DNA of 59,251 bases, the filler included, from Basidiobolus ranarum (lineage: Eukaryota): the NCBI GenBank assembly GCA_040143965.1. It is 6 parts of 6 records of this genome, joined end to end, with 100 filler letters (N's around TTAATTAATTAA, not from the genome) between each part and the next. Parts side by side here need not be neighbours in the genome. Positions count along the whole stretch, not along the records: positions 1 to 9,809 come from JASJQH010000780.1; positions 9,910 to 19,710 come from JASJQH010000781.1; 4 more parts are not named here. One strand, given 5' to 3'. Below the pieces are notes generated by a model that saw only the letters and a program-made list of their open reading frames with translations, was not told the DNA's origin and searched no databases. This document shows, one piece after another, positions 1 through 12,900 of this stretch (the stretch's first letter is position 1; every line of letters starts with the position of its first letter). Position numbers and translations under genes: made by a program.

Positions 1-119
1 GTATTGTCACAATATCTCAAAAGATTGATGTCTTGATTGTCACTTTGTTTAGATTAGTATTTAAGCTAAATAAAGTCTACACCATCTGGTGCTTTTCATC
101 CCCCCTAACCCACCCTGAG

Positions 120-230
120 GATGTGTGTAAGCTACAAAAATCACTGTATGGACTTAAACAATCACCCAGGGCCTGGTACACTAAGATAGATACATACTTG
201 GAATCACTTACTTTCCAAAAGAGTATGGTG
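120..230 (+). mobile_element. Ty1/copia LTR-retrotransposon reverse transcriptase remnant
   Basis: Translation VCKLQKSLYGLKQSPRAWYTKIDTYLESLTF matches the copia RT (RVT_2) motif C.L.KSLYGLKQ.PR.W. No long ORF on either side. Confidence 0.85.
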
Positions 231-1935
231 GATTTTTTACAACAATGTCCTGAAGTCCTTATTCTTGCAGCAGCATTTTCATTTTAATTTTCCAAGCTTG
301 ATAATTGATTCCATCCAATTTTTCAGAAGAGGGAAAAGTTCCAGATATTTGAGAAGTAAATATTACAGAGAGTGCAAGTTTGGGGCCTATTTTCTTAAAG
401 ACTGACAGTGCAAGAGAGTCAGTAGGTTATTTTTCATAATGAGAGTCTATACCTTGAAGCGCACTATCCTCTGGAAGCAGCTGTATTTCAAATTTCCAAA
501 AGTTGCAGCCCTCCTTCATCCGGGCTGTCCAGGGTTTATTGTTATTAGTTCAAGAAATTTAGATCAAACTGCAAAGGCATCACGATTGATGTCAATGCAA
601 TTCATAGAATACTATGAAGTTAGCCATGTGATGCACTCCACCTGATATTCCACTTATTGACACTCAGATAGGTAGAAGTACAAACATGGGATGAGTGTCA
701 TTGGCCAAATACCAATTGCGAATCAATAAAAGCAATATAGTTACCTCCAAAATAGCATCACATCGAAGTTAAATAAGATGATATTTTGCAGTGGTTTGCA
801 TGCTGCAAGGCAAGGAAACATACACTACCACAAGTTCGTACGATAACACTACTGTGCAACATGGCTACGGTGAAACCGACCGAGTTAGGGCTCTATTTGC
901 TTTACTAGTTTTTTAAATAAGCGCCAGAAAAGAGAGCCATTATTTATGCCTTTCTTGCGGGCATAAAAATTCAATGAGCCTTCTGCAAAATGTTTCAGTC
1001 TGGCAGCAACGTTCAGATAGAAGACGCCTTACCACTACACCATCAACCTACAGATACCTAGCCTGCCAATTGTAGCCAATGTCGCTCAAGACTAAGTAAA
1101 ACAAATGAACGAAACACACTTGGCTTACATAAGCGGATTTCTAGTCCAGGTATGCGTAGTAATCAGCTCAATCATCCACCATCAAAGTACACGAGCAAAG
1201 GGTTGGAGGGGAGGAGCAGGTGCGATGGAAAACAATAGCCCGTTGGCCGCACTCCACTTCGGGATCATCAGATGGTACTTAATAAATGATGAACGAATGG
1301 GCGGGTCTGTAACAACGGTGTTACCGATATTTGGCCAGATGATGAAACCAGAAAACATCATGTGACCGGTGGTGAGTACATGTGCCGGGGCTTTCAGTGC
1401 CGTCTGTAGCTCCAAACCAACCCTAATGCCTATTGCTCTGAGGCATCAGCATTCACTCTATCAAGGATCATTTCCCTAGCGTTTGAATCTGGATGATGAT
1501 TGACTTACTGATGGATACATCATAACTGCCGCATGGCTGTCCTGATTGGCCTATCAGGACCATTCATTCTGTCTGCACAATCATGCTGCAGAACGTCTCA
1601 AAAGTGCAGCTCAACACTATTAAGATCGTATCTTTGTTTGCTACGATAATCTCTAATGTGCTCTCTGATTGGATAATGTACCCAAAATATCCTCTGAATT
1701 GGTAGCTTTAAAGGCAAACCTGTGACAATATCAGATCCTTAAAATCCGCATCTACTTTTGGAAATTTTATGTGTATACTTCCTTAACTTCAGATATATTT
1801 TTAAGCCGTCACGCATCTTTACCATAGTTTGACCATCAACCCAATATCCCACAGTGGATACATAACACTAAAGACCCACTAAAATCTTCATCTTTTTTGC
1901 TCCTTGTTTCCCTCTTTTCAGTACCAACCTCTCCA

Positions 1936-4133
1936 ATGTCAACTAGAAGTTTGTACGATGAGTTCCAGAAGCGGATCGTCCCAGGTATTGTATCTACCCC
2001 GTTCACTTCACATTGGCTAGCTATCTATTTCTAAGTAACTTTGCCTGTTTTCTTACTTAGTTCGCCACGTTATGTTTGTTGTACATGGGATAGGCCCCAG
2101 TATCGGCAATGGTGGCTATTTTCTGAATCACAGTACGTAAACTTATAACTGTATATTATTGTCAAACTTGGTTTAATCTTTTTATGTTAGTTGAAAATCT
2201 AAAAAGTAGTTTGGCGGAGGTACAAGGCTCCAAGTTTGAAGAGGAAGGAGCGATTGAAATCTTACCAATTGGTATGTTCTCTCCTTGTATTGTACAGTGC
2301 AGTACGAATTATTAATGCAAGTTACAGAATGGCACAACGTCCTTCACGAGCTTGTGGATAGGTAAGTTTATTTATGCTTTCATTCCAGAGACTGGATTCA
2401 TTAATATGCTCTTTCAGTCAAATAAGTTCAGTCAGCCTACCCACTTGCCAATTTATACGTAGCGTCAATAACAATATACTCAGCGACGTACTCTTTTATT
2501 TCACCAAGCACCATGGACAAGTAATCATTGAAACCATAACGAATGCCCTTAATAGTAACTATGAAGAATTCATGAAAGAGAATCCAGACTACGATGGCAC
2601 GTTTTCTCTTGTAGGATATAGCCTTGGAGGAGTTTGCTGTTATGATATTCTCGCTCATCAAGAGAGGATAGTAAATGCGCAAGGATGCAGTAAGGTCTTT
2701 TTTGATGTTCCAAAGCTCAAGTTCCAGCCATCCAATTTCTTTGCTCTTGGAAGTCCAATCGGATTAGTCATGGTTATGAGAAACCAGAAGTTTAACTCTT
2801 ATCAAGTGCCTAAGAGTTGCGTCTTTGATAATATATTCCATCCATATGATCCTGTCGTACGTAATTATTACGCTGCTATTCATTCTTAGTACGTTGTTCT
2901 CATCCTATTGACTTGCACATTATCTAGGGTTATCGTATAGAGCCACTCATAGAAGAGAGATACAACGGGATCAATCCACATCCAATAGAGTTTAGCCAAG
3001 AAAACCGCTTTCCATTTAGACTACCTACATATGACGATTTTGTCTTCGTTAACGTGACTTCTAAGTTGGCACTACCTTCGTTTCCTTCTGTCAACCCACC
3101 TCAAATGATCGATAAAATGCTAGACGGCCTGAATCGACAAATCAACGCTGTACTTGGATTTATGTCCATAATGCAGCATTTTCGACGTAATTCACAACAT
3201 CTGGCCAAGAGTGTTTTCAAAAAAGAACGTAGGATTACATTCACTGATACCAAGAGAATCATGCGAGTCAAAGAAGATAAAGAATTGGGAATAGATGTAA
3301 TCACACTATTACCTAAATCAGATCGCAAAGATACCTCTCTAGAGCACGAAACACAAAGCCCGACCACAAATAACTTTGTAGCACAAAGTGTCACTACCCC
3401 TTCTGTGGAATTAGACCATCTTCCAGCTGAAAATTTAACTGTTGATATAAGCGTAATCACTCGTGAAAGGTGCGACACTACCGTTCACAGCCCAAATGAA
3501 GATAACCAAGAACAGGATGCAGAGGGTGATACTCTTATGAGTGAATCGATCTACTATTGTGAAAATGGTAGAGAGTTAACATCTAGCTTTATGGTTGCTA
3601 CATCGGAGGAAGAAAAGACAGAAATTACTGACTCATGGATGGTCTCTAACGCTGCCGGCCATGTGACGCAAAAAATATACGGTGTCTTGAAGCGGATGTC
3701 TTCAAGTATCACAGGCCTGAACTCCAAGCCACCGTCATCGAATGACGAGCTAGAGGAAGTTTGTTATCGATTCTCAGATCAGCCCGAGTTTACATCCGAG
3801 CCCACTTTGATGACGAGTCCTGCAGAGGCTATGGAAAGCATCTTTAATGAACTATATATTGACACTGAAAGAAACTTCACAGTGCCAGATGGTTTGTCAC
3901 CTATGATCGGAGTAACTGTGGACTCATGCTGTGAATCCATGGAGTCCAGCCCGATAATAGAGGATCCTTTACCATTTAAGCAGCACCCGTATATCAAGCA
4001 TCGCATAGATTTCGTGCTGCAGGAGAATTTCATGGACTATGTATCTCATCAATACGTGTTAGGGTCGCGAGCTCATTTCTCATACTGGAGTAACCGAGAT
4101 GTGGCTTATCATATCCTAAAACGGGTCCTATAG
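1936..4133 (+). CDS. DDHD-domain intracellular phospholipase A1 (DDHD1/2, yeast Ddl1-like), multi-exon
   Basis: ATG at 1936. Spliced exons give HVMFVVHGIG, IEWH, DVLFY, lipase motif GYSLGG, FFALGSPIG, NIFHPYDPV/GYRIEP and C-terminal RIDFVLQE...HFSYW. Several short GT-AG introns. Confidence 0.88.
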
Positions 4134-4736
4134 TACTCACCATAGATCTACCTTCAAGAGACAACTAACTATTCACACATGCCAATATCAATTTAGAAGG
4201 CCTTTAGTGGTTTATTTATTCAGACTTTATTTTCTCTTTCTCGGTTCCTACATAATGAACGACCGGATTCGCTTTTCCACCGCCCTTATCTTCCTATGAT
4301 TTATCACATCTATGTGTAGCAAACGACATACTTTGCAACTTCAAGTTGATTTTTCCAATAAATTTTGAATTTCCCGTTCCCATAGCCTTCTGTAGAAGTC
4401 CCTCTCCCCCTAATCCTAATGCTTCCTGTTACGACGTTGTGTTTTGCCCACTCCACCTGCCAAGAAAGTCACTATTGTTGGGTGTGAGCTGGAGAGCATG
4501 TTTGGAGAATATATTGAAGACTGTACCTATAAATGGCAGGATCAAGATAAATCACACATCAGTATAGTATTTTGTGGATCGACATTTGATTTGGATCAAG
4601 ATCTCCAAGTTGTTTATTAATTGACACACTTTGTTATTGACACAAGCATCTGGTAATAGTAATTAACTTACTTTGTATTGTATTACCAGTAGCCTCTCAA
4701 TTTCCACCTACTATAACTTTTTCAAAGCTCATACAC

Positions 4737-6007
4737 ATGAAGAGGAAGTGCGAAATGGAAAAAGAGTTGTTAAATGGGATGGTTCTAGAGTATCTATTTC
4801 ACCAATTAACTGAACTTCGCTTGAAGCAAGCCAACCTTCATTTGACGGAAGTGATTACGTTGGAAGAGGAGACTCTCACTTACAGTAAAGTTATTGAGAT
4901 AATAAATATGTCCGAGAAACTTGTCACAGTTATTAGAGGTAAGAGTTTTCTCCCTTCTCCTAACCTCTCACTCTACCACCGGAAGTTTATTAAAAGTGGG
5001 AAATATTCCATCTAGTTCTTATGGATCGGGAAAATATTTCTCTTGACCCGTTACCACAGCTTTCTTTACGTCATTACGTGACAAAATGTTTGAATATGGT
5101 GCTGGGAAGAGGTGACGAAGAGCTCAATTTTGAGCGCAAACTGGGAAATAAATTCGAGGGTAAGAAAGAAAAGTCAACCGAGGTTGAGAAGCCCACGAAT
5201 GTATTTCTCTGTAGACTCCACAGAGATATACAATGTAAACGTTGCCTAGGGGAGTCTAGTTACTTTGGTAAACGCTCTGGTCTGTTGCAAAGTATCCCAT
5301 TATTTTTAAAAGTTTCCCAACAGATTTACGAACAAGTGTTGGACGAATCGGAAGAAGAAGAGATTGCAGTTCTCTCAACATGGTACGACTTATTTCTGGA
5401 ATTACAAACCCAGGTAGGTTACTCCTTTATTTATTGAAAGTATCTTTAGTAATAAGAGGTCATGTTACTTACCGCTTCTCTTGGAATCGAACGAATCAGG
5501 CGGTTTTGGAAAGCTGGTTGTGCGATAAACGCAACTTGAATTTTGTACTAGAAAATGTATTCAAATACCGCGTAAACCCTAACAGCATGCTGTGGCGAGA
5601 AAGCAAACAATTGAGTGTTTATTTTGAGGAGTGTCAAGAACGTAAACAAGAGGTATATCTTATAAACCATATCATCACGAACTCTATAAATACTCAAGAT
5701 ATTATGACTCACAACAACTAGTTATTAATGTTAGAAGAGGATTCCTCTAGTTATCCAGAGTTGGTCAATAGAGTCAATTCTACCTATCCCTTAAAGGAAT
5801 TCGAGGTGAATTTGGTGAACTTTCTGGAAGTGGTATATTGCCGATTTGAAAAGCCAATCTTAATAAAGGTAATTATCTCGTCTCTTTCTCTCCTCCGCTC
5901 TTACACTAACATTGATTCACTGTTGGTGGTGATGAACTTACTAGTACAAAGAGATGGCTAATGTTGACGAAAACATCAAGGAACTTCTCCACTTTATCTC
6001 CATTTGA
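4737..6007 (+). CDS. Multi-exon hypothetical protein (fungal uncharacterised type)
   Basis: Consecutive ORF segments (4737-, 5021-, ~5500-, 5728-) separated by GT...AG introns. Includes CRLHRDIQCKRC and WYDLFLELQTQ/AVLESWL. Last exon ends near TGA 6007. Confidence 0.65.
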
Positions 6008-6947
6008 ACATGACACCTTTGGGCTTTTGTCAATCTCATCCCTGGCATTTAATTCCGAGGTGGATTTTCCTTAGCACACTACATGAACACGTGAGCAACA
6101 ATGTGACTTGTATGAAACAAGTTGGGTTTGTAAATTGTACACTAGGAATCCTTCGTCTAATAGAATAAATGTGCCTGACATATAGTAAATTCAGAACAAT
6201 ACAATTGATGTTTGGTCATTTTACGGCTGTGTCGCATTCATGTTTCTTACTCCAGAAAATACCCAGTTCCATCCCTCTTCTCTTAACATCTCAATCAATT
6301 ACTTCAAGTGTCAAGTACCAGTCATTCTGCTCATCCTTCCTGCTACATCTAAGCGTATTTGACGTGAAAATGAGAATCTTTCCCGACGAAATGCATGGTT
6401 TATTTCTCCGGAACGAGGGGGTAAATCCACTTGTTCGGTAAACTTGGCATTCTATCAACGTGCAGAGTATCATTAATCCAGGAGATAAGTAGTCTGAGTT
6501 AACGTGTCAATTTGTAATGGTTTTAAGGCTGCTTATTCGATCTTCAATAAACTGCATGCTTTGGTCGTATAGGAGAGTATTGATGCGACATTGTCCTAAG
6601 ATTAAGTCGGATTTCCTCAAACGAGCAGTTACAGTGTCAAATGCTGCAGGCTCTGGTTCAAATCAAACATTAATACAAGGATTAGGCAAATGGACTAAAA
6701 AGCTGCCACTAGTAGGTTTTTGAACCATAGTTTAAATTATGTTATTTATTACTCCAAGCCAAGGTTTCCACTTATACACAGATCAACCGTGGTCGCATAG
6801 ATCTCCCCTAGTTAGTCTCATCGATAGTGATGATATATAGAAAGGGAGGTAGGTGTTGCTTGAGATAAAATTTGTCTATCAACATGCAAAGATAAAGGGC
6901 TTAATTCATATCGAGCAAGTCAAAGCCAAATCAAAGATATTTTCAGC

Positions 6948-7997
6948 CTATTGAGAGCTTTCGTTGTCACGCTCCACCAACCACTCTAGGAGATCCTTTA
7001 TGACTTCGGGACCTTGAGCATCGCGGAACATATCGTGCTCACATCCCGTGTACATAATCAATTTCTTCTTGGAGTCCGGTAGCTTCTTCGTCTTTTCCAC
7101 CAATTCAATGGATCCCTTGTGGCTGGTAGCTCTATCATGGTCTCCATGCTGCGTTAAAAATGGAACACTCAGATTCTCTAGCTCTTCACGTAACTCTTCA
7201 ACTCCACTTATGATAGCCAGTCCAGAGGCGACTCTTACATTTCCGTGGTATCCCATTGGGTCATTCTCGAACTCCTCATCAATACGTGGATCGGCAGAGT
7301 TCTTACCTTTATTACCCTCAACAATAGGGAGTCTACCGAGAATTGGTAAAACTACTTGACCAACGTATTCCACAATTTTCGGGGGTCTACTTTCGGGTGA
7401 TACGTAGATTAAGGGAGCTTGAACTGCTACGGCAGTCAAACCTTCAGGGTGATCCAAGGCGTATCTTAGAGTGGTATAACCGCCTAATGAACCTCCACAG
7501 ACAAAGAGTTTTCTGCTAGGGCCAGTGTTACGTTCCTTGAGATCTTGAACAACACTATGAACTGCATCAGAGAACACTCTAGTGTTGGTAAAATAACCTG
7601 GTAAACCACTAGATCTTCCAAAACCAGGTAAGTCCAAGACAACCATACGAAAGCCGAGATCTAAGAAGTGGTGACCAAATTCCAACAATCTACCACCATA
7701 TTCATGTAAACCATGTATGAATACGATATCGGTATTTCTTGGTTCTACTTTCGTTGAACGAATGGTCTGATAGTAAAGGAAAGAGGTGACCTTGGAATCG
7801 ATATGTTTCGACTTGAAATCTATCTTGTACTCTTCATGAATGTACTCCTTGGATTGCAGTTTTATTTCGTGTTCATTATACGGAAGGCTACTACGACCAT
7901 AGGTTAAATCTGAAGGTTGGTAACTCGTGAGTTGGAAGAGTAAAGGTTCAACGACTACGGTGAAGGCGTTAAAAGCCAAGTGGCGTGCTAAATCCAT
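6948..7997 (-). CDS. Alpha/beta hydrolase, monoacylglycerol lipase/lysophospholipase (Hydrolase_4, Yju3-like)
   Basis: 349-aa intronless ORF with FIHGLHEYGGR, DLPGFGRS.G, nucleophile GGSLGG, HGDHD and HD catalytic motifs. Confidence 0.9.
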   Translation of the reverse strand: MDLARHLAFNAFTVVVEPLLFQLTSYQPSDLTYGRSSLPYNEHEIKLQSKEYIHEEYKIDFKSKHIDSKVTSFLYYQTIRSTKVEPRNTDIVFIHGLHEYGGRLLEFGHHFLDLGFRMVVLDLPGFGRSSGLPGYFTNTRVFSDAVHSVVQDLKERNTGPSRKLFVCGGSLGGYTTLRYALDHPEGLTAVAVQAPLIYVSPESRPPKIVEYVGQVVLPILGRLPIVEGNKGKNSADPRIDEEFENDPMGYHGNVRVASGLAIISGVEELREELENLSVPFLTQHGDHDRATSHKGSIELVEKTKKLPDSKKKLIMYTGCEHDMFRDAQGPEVIKDLLEWLVERDNESSQ

Positions 7998-8675
7998 GAT
8001 TTTGTGAGAGAAAGTAGGGAAACGAAATACAATCTAGCGTTCACTAGTATATAAATAGGAGAGTGAGGAGGGGCCACGATTATATTCGTTGATTTATTAC
8101 CCAACCGAGTATGCCATTTCGACATCATTATTGATTGGTGGTTTTTACCATACCTGTCTTCAAGTTGTCATCAACAATGATGAGAATGTGTAGAATGATT
8201 ATTATATGTCTAATGTATCAGGAAACGGATTGAAGTAACCGATCAGATACGCAGAATTTGCATGATCTGGATAATTGATTGTCACCAGCTACCATCTAAT
8301 CCGACAGTTTATGGACAATGGCAGATCATATGAAGAGTGTTGGTAATTCAATTAGTCTCGTGCCCGTATTTCCAAATGAGTGCCATGCATTATTGGTAGC
8401 AAATGGATTTATGGGATTTTATTGCTACAAATGCTTAGCTCTTCAATGTATTTGGTATTTGGATTGTTATCACCAAAAATTCTAAGCTTCGGAAAGAAGG
8501 TTACACTCAGCAGACTCCCTGTCAAACAGGATCAGCATTTAGTTCGTCAACAACAGCATGTGGGTGATGTATGCCAATAGAGACACTAATGTACTTTCTA
8601 TGTAAACTAAAAATACAGATATAGGGGGAGTTGCAGAAAGATTCCTCTCTACACATGAGTGACCATGTGTCGAGA

Positions 8676-9809
8676 CTATGAGATCAGTAGATTCTCCAAC
8701 TCATTTAACGTCAGCAAAGTTTCTGTCAGTGTTGCGACCTCTTGCAACTTCATAGCTTTCAGAATAAGTTTCGGTGATGCTAAAGTCTGGATACTCATTG
8801 ATCCGGGTAGTCGTACCGTTCTGACATAGTACGCAGGCCGCACAGTATTGTTCGCGTCAATTTTCTCTGCTTTCCAGTTGGGATCCCCTCCTTTAATCTT
8901 TTGAACTAAAAGAACCACTTCATTCTTGACTCTGTTGCCGACACACAGGAGTTGCAGGAACTGCTCTTCGTCTGTCTTCGCATCTATCATTTCTGCTTCC
9001 GGATCATTAAATAGCTCTGTATCTAGATTGGTTTGCCAATGGGGTGTGCTGCGGTACGACAACTCGCCCGACTTTTCTATAACGCCAGTAAGGCGTTCCA
9101 TCATTCTATTGCTTAATTTCAGCAGTTTAAATATTTCCTCTTTTTCTTGAAATATCACTTGCGCCTCAAGAGTGCCGTCTTCCACATTAACCTTGGCTTC
9201 TCCACAGATTGAAACCTCCGCCTGCTTACAGCCTAGCAGACATCTTCCCTGGCGTACGATATTCTCACAGTTGATACAGGTTGTACGTAAGGTTATTTCT
9301 TGGATCTCGACTATACGGCATCTACATTTGAAGATCTTCTTTTTCTCTTTTTGCATTTCCACCAAAAATCTACTATCTACGACTGAAGCGAATATATTTT
9401 CACTCTCCTCTAGCCTATCAAGCAACGAAGTAGGAATAGATTTCTCGGTGCCGGTAGAGATATAAGTACAGGGTGTGAATAAAGTGTAGATGTTTCCACT
9501 CTCGGAGTATTTCAGTGCAGCTTTACGTACGGTGATGATTTGTCCCGGGATTACTCCCAAAGGGAATGTGAATTTATCCAAATCCAAATAGAAATCTATG
9601 GTGGTAGCATTTGCTAAATCTTGAATCTTCAAAAGTACGGTTTGCTTTCCTTTTCCTGTACCAATGCCAAACTTTTGAAAAGCAAAGAGATGCCATTCGT
9701 TAGTGTAAAAACTACGTACTTTACTAGGCTTGATTTCTTTTTTCAGTATTTTCCCTCGAAACGATATCATTTTCCCTACTTTCCCTACTTCTTTTAGTCC
9801 ATGCTTAAT
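8676..9809 (-). CDS. CTC1: CST complex subunit CTC1-like, C-terminal OB-folds (5'-truncated at contig end)
   Basis: PLGVIPG...SESGNIY, zinc-ribbon CINC...C..GC and VEDGTLEAQV resemble the last two OB folds of metazoan/plant CTC1. The reading frame runs toward the gap. Confidence 0.7.
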   Translation of the reverse strand: MKHGLKEVGKVGKMISFRGKILKKEIKPSKVRSFYTNEWHLFAFQKFGIGTGKGKQTVLLKIQDLANATTIDFYLDLDKFTFPLGVIPGQIITVRKAALKYSESGNIYTLFTPCTYISTGTEKSIPTSLLDRLEESENIFASVVDSRFLVEMQKEKKKIFKCRCRIVEIQEITLRTTCINCENIVRQGRCLLGCKQAEVSICGEAKVNVEDGTLEAQVIFQEKEEIFKLLKLSNRMMERLTGVIEKSGELSYRSTPHWQTNLDTELFNDPEAEMIDAKTDEEQFLQLLCVGNRVKNEVVLLVQKIKGGDPNWKAEKIDANNTVRPAYYVRTVRLPGSMSIQTLASPKLILKAMKLQEVATLTETLLTLNELENLLIS

Positions 9810-9909
9810 NNNNNNNNNNNNNNNNNNNNNNNNNNNNNNNNNNNNNNNNNNNNTTAATTAATTAANNNNNNNNNNNNNNNNNNNNNNNNNNNNNNNNNNN
9901 NNNNNNNNN
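9810..9909. other. Artificial contig spacer (N44-TTAATTAATTAA-N44)
   Basis: 100-nt N run with a central six-frame-stop linker. Confidence 0.98.
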
Positions 9910-12900
9910 GTGGAAAGTGAACGAAATCCAGCAAAATCACCCCTGAATAACTGCAATATTCAAGGCTATTATGGGTGATCCACATTTGATGGTTTTTCGC
10001 CTGAGATAAAACTGGTCCCGCCACAAATTCAAATAGAAATTTCTGTGAGGGGATATTTCAAGCTTAGTAGGGGGCATGGCTCGACTTTATGAATGGCGGG
10101 TTATTGAGAACTAAAATGAGTCTGAGGACTTCCAGGACACCAGGGTTGTAAAAGATAGGGATAAGGCACTAAGGAGTCACAGGTCTGTTTACTCAAATTT
10201 GGCAAATATGAGGACTGCATCTGGTATATGGTAGCAGCTTTGAAGATAAATGGAAGAAGCTAAATAGAATCGGATAAACTATTCGATTCATGGTTAATGA
10301 TTTCTCCTGTGATTGATTGGGTGTAGCCATGTTACTATAGACTTTATTCAGTAGGGGGAATCCTGCGAACTTCGACGGGATATTTCGTATAACACTGACG
10401 ACCAAAAACACTCGTCGCCTTTCACCAGCATAAAGATTCGAAGTAGCGGGCAAACCTGAAATCTAGCAATTGGGTGGTTCAATAATTATGTAACCTATTC
10501 AATGTAACACAAGATTCTTGATTTGACAATATATCACATGTCGCCCCCACTCCAGTAAATTGCTGAGAATATTTTATTGAAGCCTGGTTGTTGAATCATT
10601 TATCTGTAATATATTAAGAGCTTGGCTCATTTCAGCACTATCATGTTTTCTACTCATCAGTGTTGTTAAACTTCCATTCTTCTAGTAGATAAGCGGGTCT
10701 TTTGCATATACAGCCCGTCAATGATTGTTAGATTTCTTTCAATGTAGGGTCACTATCATATATCCAACCAACTTTTACAAAGCATACCTTGCTAAGTAAA
10801 GACAAAGAAGACACCATATAATTACTCGAATGGCTTAGAAACCTTCCACAAAGGTATTTCTTTGTCCATGAGCGTACGTGCTATATGCATATAACCATTC
10901 AGGCCCGAAAGTAACAAAATATTTCAAGGATATAAAAGTTGAAATTCATGCCTAACTTGTTGGATGAATATAAGAGTATCCTGGATATGTTGAATTATGA
11001 GCTAGGCTACATTAAACGTAGAAATCTATTGATATATATTCAGGAATCTTGTCAAATATGCTTTCTAATATTGGTGATGGTGTTGAAACTTAGTTCAATC
11101 GAGAATCAATAACCTGTGTACATCTATAAAGTTAGATACATCCTCTTGTTGAACACCAGCAATAAGCCTACTGGACTTGCTATTTTATTGAGTGAAATTG
11201 AGCTATTTATGTGCTTCGTGATGAAATTACTAATATTCATGGGGTTTACTGGAGCAGTTTCCAGTACCCTTAGGCCTCATTGGTTTTAATCACATGTACT
11301 CTAAATATTTTGAGTCTATCACTCTATGGCCTGAAGAAAAAAGTTTGTTGAACTTCAAATTACTGCTTAAAACTCTCTTTTAAAAACCTATAAAATATTA
11401 ACTTTATGCAAATTTCATGCTGCTTCATCTTTTGCATTTGTACCAAATAAAGTTTGCTCAATCTCGAAGTATATACTTTTAATTTATAAGCCTGCCAATC
11501 ATTAATTAGTCAAAAGAGCCATGTAGTAACTATTGCTTTGAGCAATATTGTCACTGTGTTTATATGGTGTTATAAATATGAATTGCCCTGGTGCTAGTCA
11601 AGGTATCATATGCTTTATAATATATATATATCACGTTTCTGTATTGAGGAAATTAATACTGGAATACCCTCTTCGCAATAAAAGCAGCTGTTTCAGTCAG
11701 CTTCTACTGATATCAAGACGCAACTTTAGTCAGTTAGCAATATGATATGTGATGCACCTAGAGAGGGTCTAAGACTTTTCATTTCTTAATTTAGCATGCT
11801 CAGTCAAATCATTCATCATTAATTCGGTAATGTGTGGCCATATGTTTGGTCATCAACTAACCAGTTTGGAAGCTTCTCACTCTTTGCTATTTCCAAGATA
11901 TGCATCGGTCAATCTTATAATGGACCTAAATAAATAATAAAGAGAATATGTTTCGTATATGACTAAGTGGAAGCCTGATTCCAATGAGGTTGTCGTCCCT
12001 TCAGGGGGATTGTTGCTTGAAAGTGGTTTGATAATTCAATGGAGTCAGCGAGTCATATCGCCATAGAACCAAGTTGATTTCTGGATGTCGTTTTGATACA
12101 TGATATCATAGGTTCAAGTTGATGTCATTTCGGTTTATCTGATGATGGTGTTGGTGTTGGGTTATCGAACACTACCAACAATTTGTATCATGGTGAGAAA
12201 AAGATGTTCACAATTTGTTTACACGACAAATAGAAAACGGTCAGCTAACTGCAGGTGCTAATGAGACCTAAATGAGTTTGCAACCGTGTTAATAAGTGCT
12301 AAATTCAGTGAGCCAGTTTTACTGTGCCAATTCTGCACTTTTACTGGTTATCGAATGATATAGCCTTAATGCCACATAATATGCTTGTTAGACTAGTAGA
12401 CTAACTATAGCAGGCACTAATCTTGTACGCTGCTGGCTCTTTCATGCATACAAATAACAAGTATTACACAAGCAGCTTAATTGGTTTTACTAAGGAGGCA
12501 CACATTGCTCTATAAGTATTATCAAACGTCGAAGGTGAGTCAATCTGAGTTATGGACATAGGGGTTTTATTCAACATCTGAAATGAGACACCCATTACTT
12601 GCGTGTCTATACCCAAATAATCATCAGAGTAGTAGGGAAAGTAGAGAATTGAGCTGGTAAGAGTATTCGGTCAAGCCAGAGAAGGGAGTATACCAGTATC
12701 TGGAAACTAATGACCTGACCAAAATAAGAATACTAAGTGAATCACTCTATCGCTGACTGAATTTTAGATCTAACTTAAAAAAGGACAAGCTCTACCCGAA
12801 GCCACTGGAATGAAGAATTCATACGACACCAGGGCCTAGACAAGTTGTTATCAATTTGTACAGATCGGGAAATGCGTTGAATCTGGAGTTACGTTGTCAT

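Noticed and set aside
1105-1415. Overlapping short ORFs with a His-rich alternative frame (HHRSHDVFWFHH)
   Set aside because: Stop-interrupted, with no coherent family match.
3101-3478. Antisense ORFs within real genes (also in the MPP, ATPase, amylase and 14-3-3 genes)
   Set aside because: Shadow frames of well-supported opposite-strand CDSs.
9854-9865. TTAATTAATTAA palindrome recurring every ~9.9 kb
   Set aside because: Centre of the artificial spacer, not a biological repeat or CRISPR.
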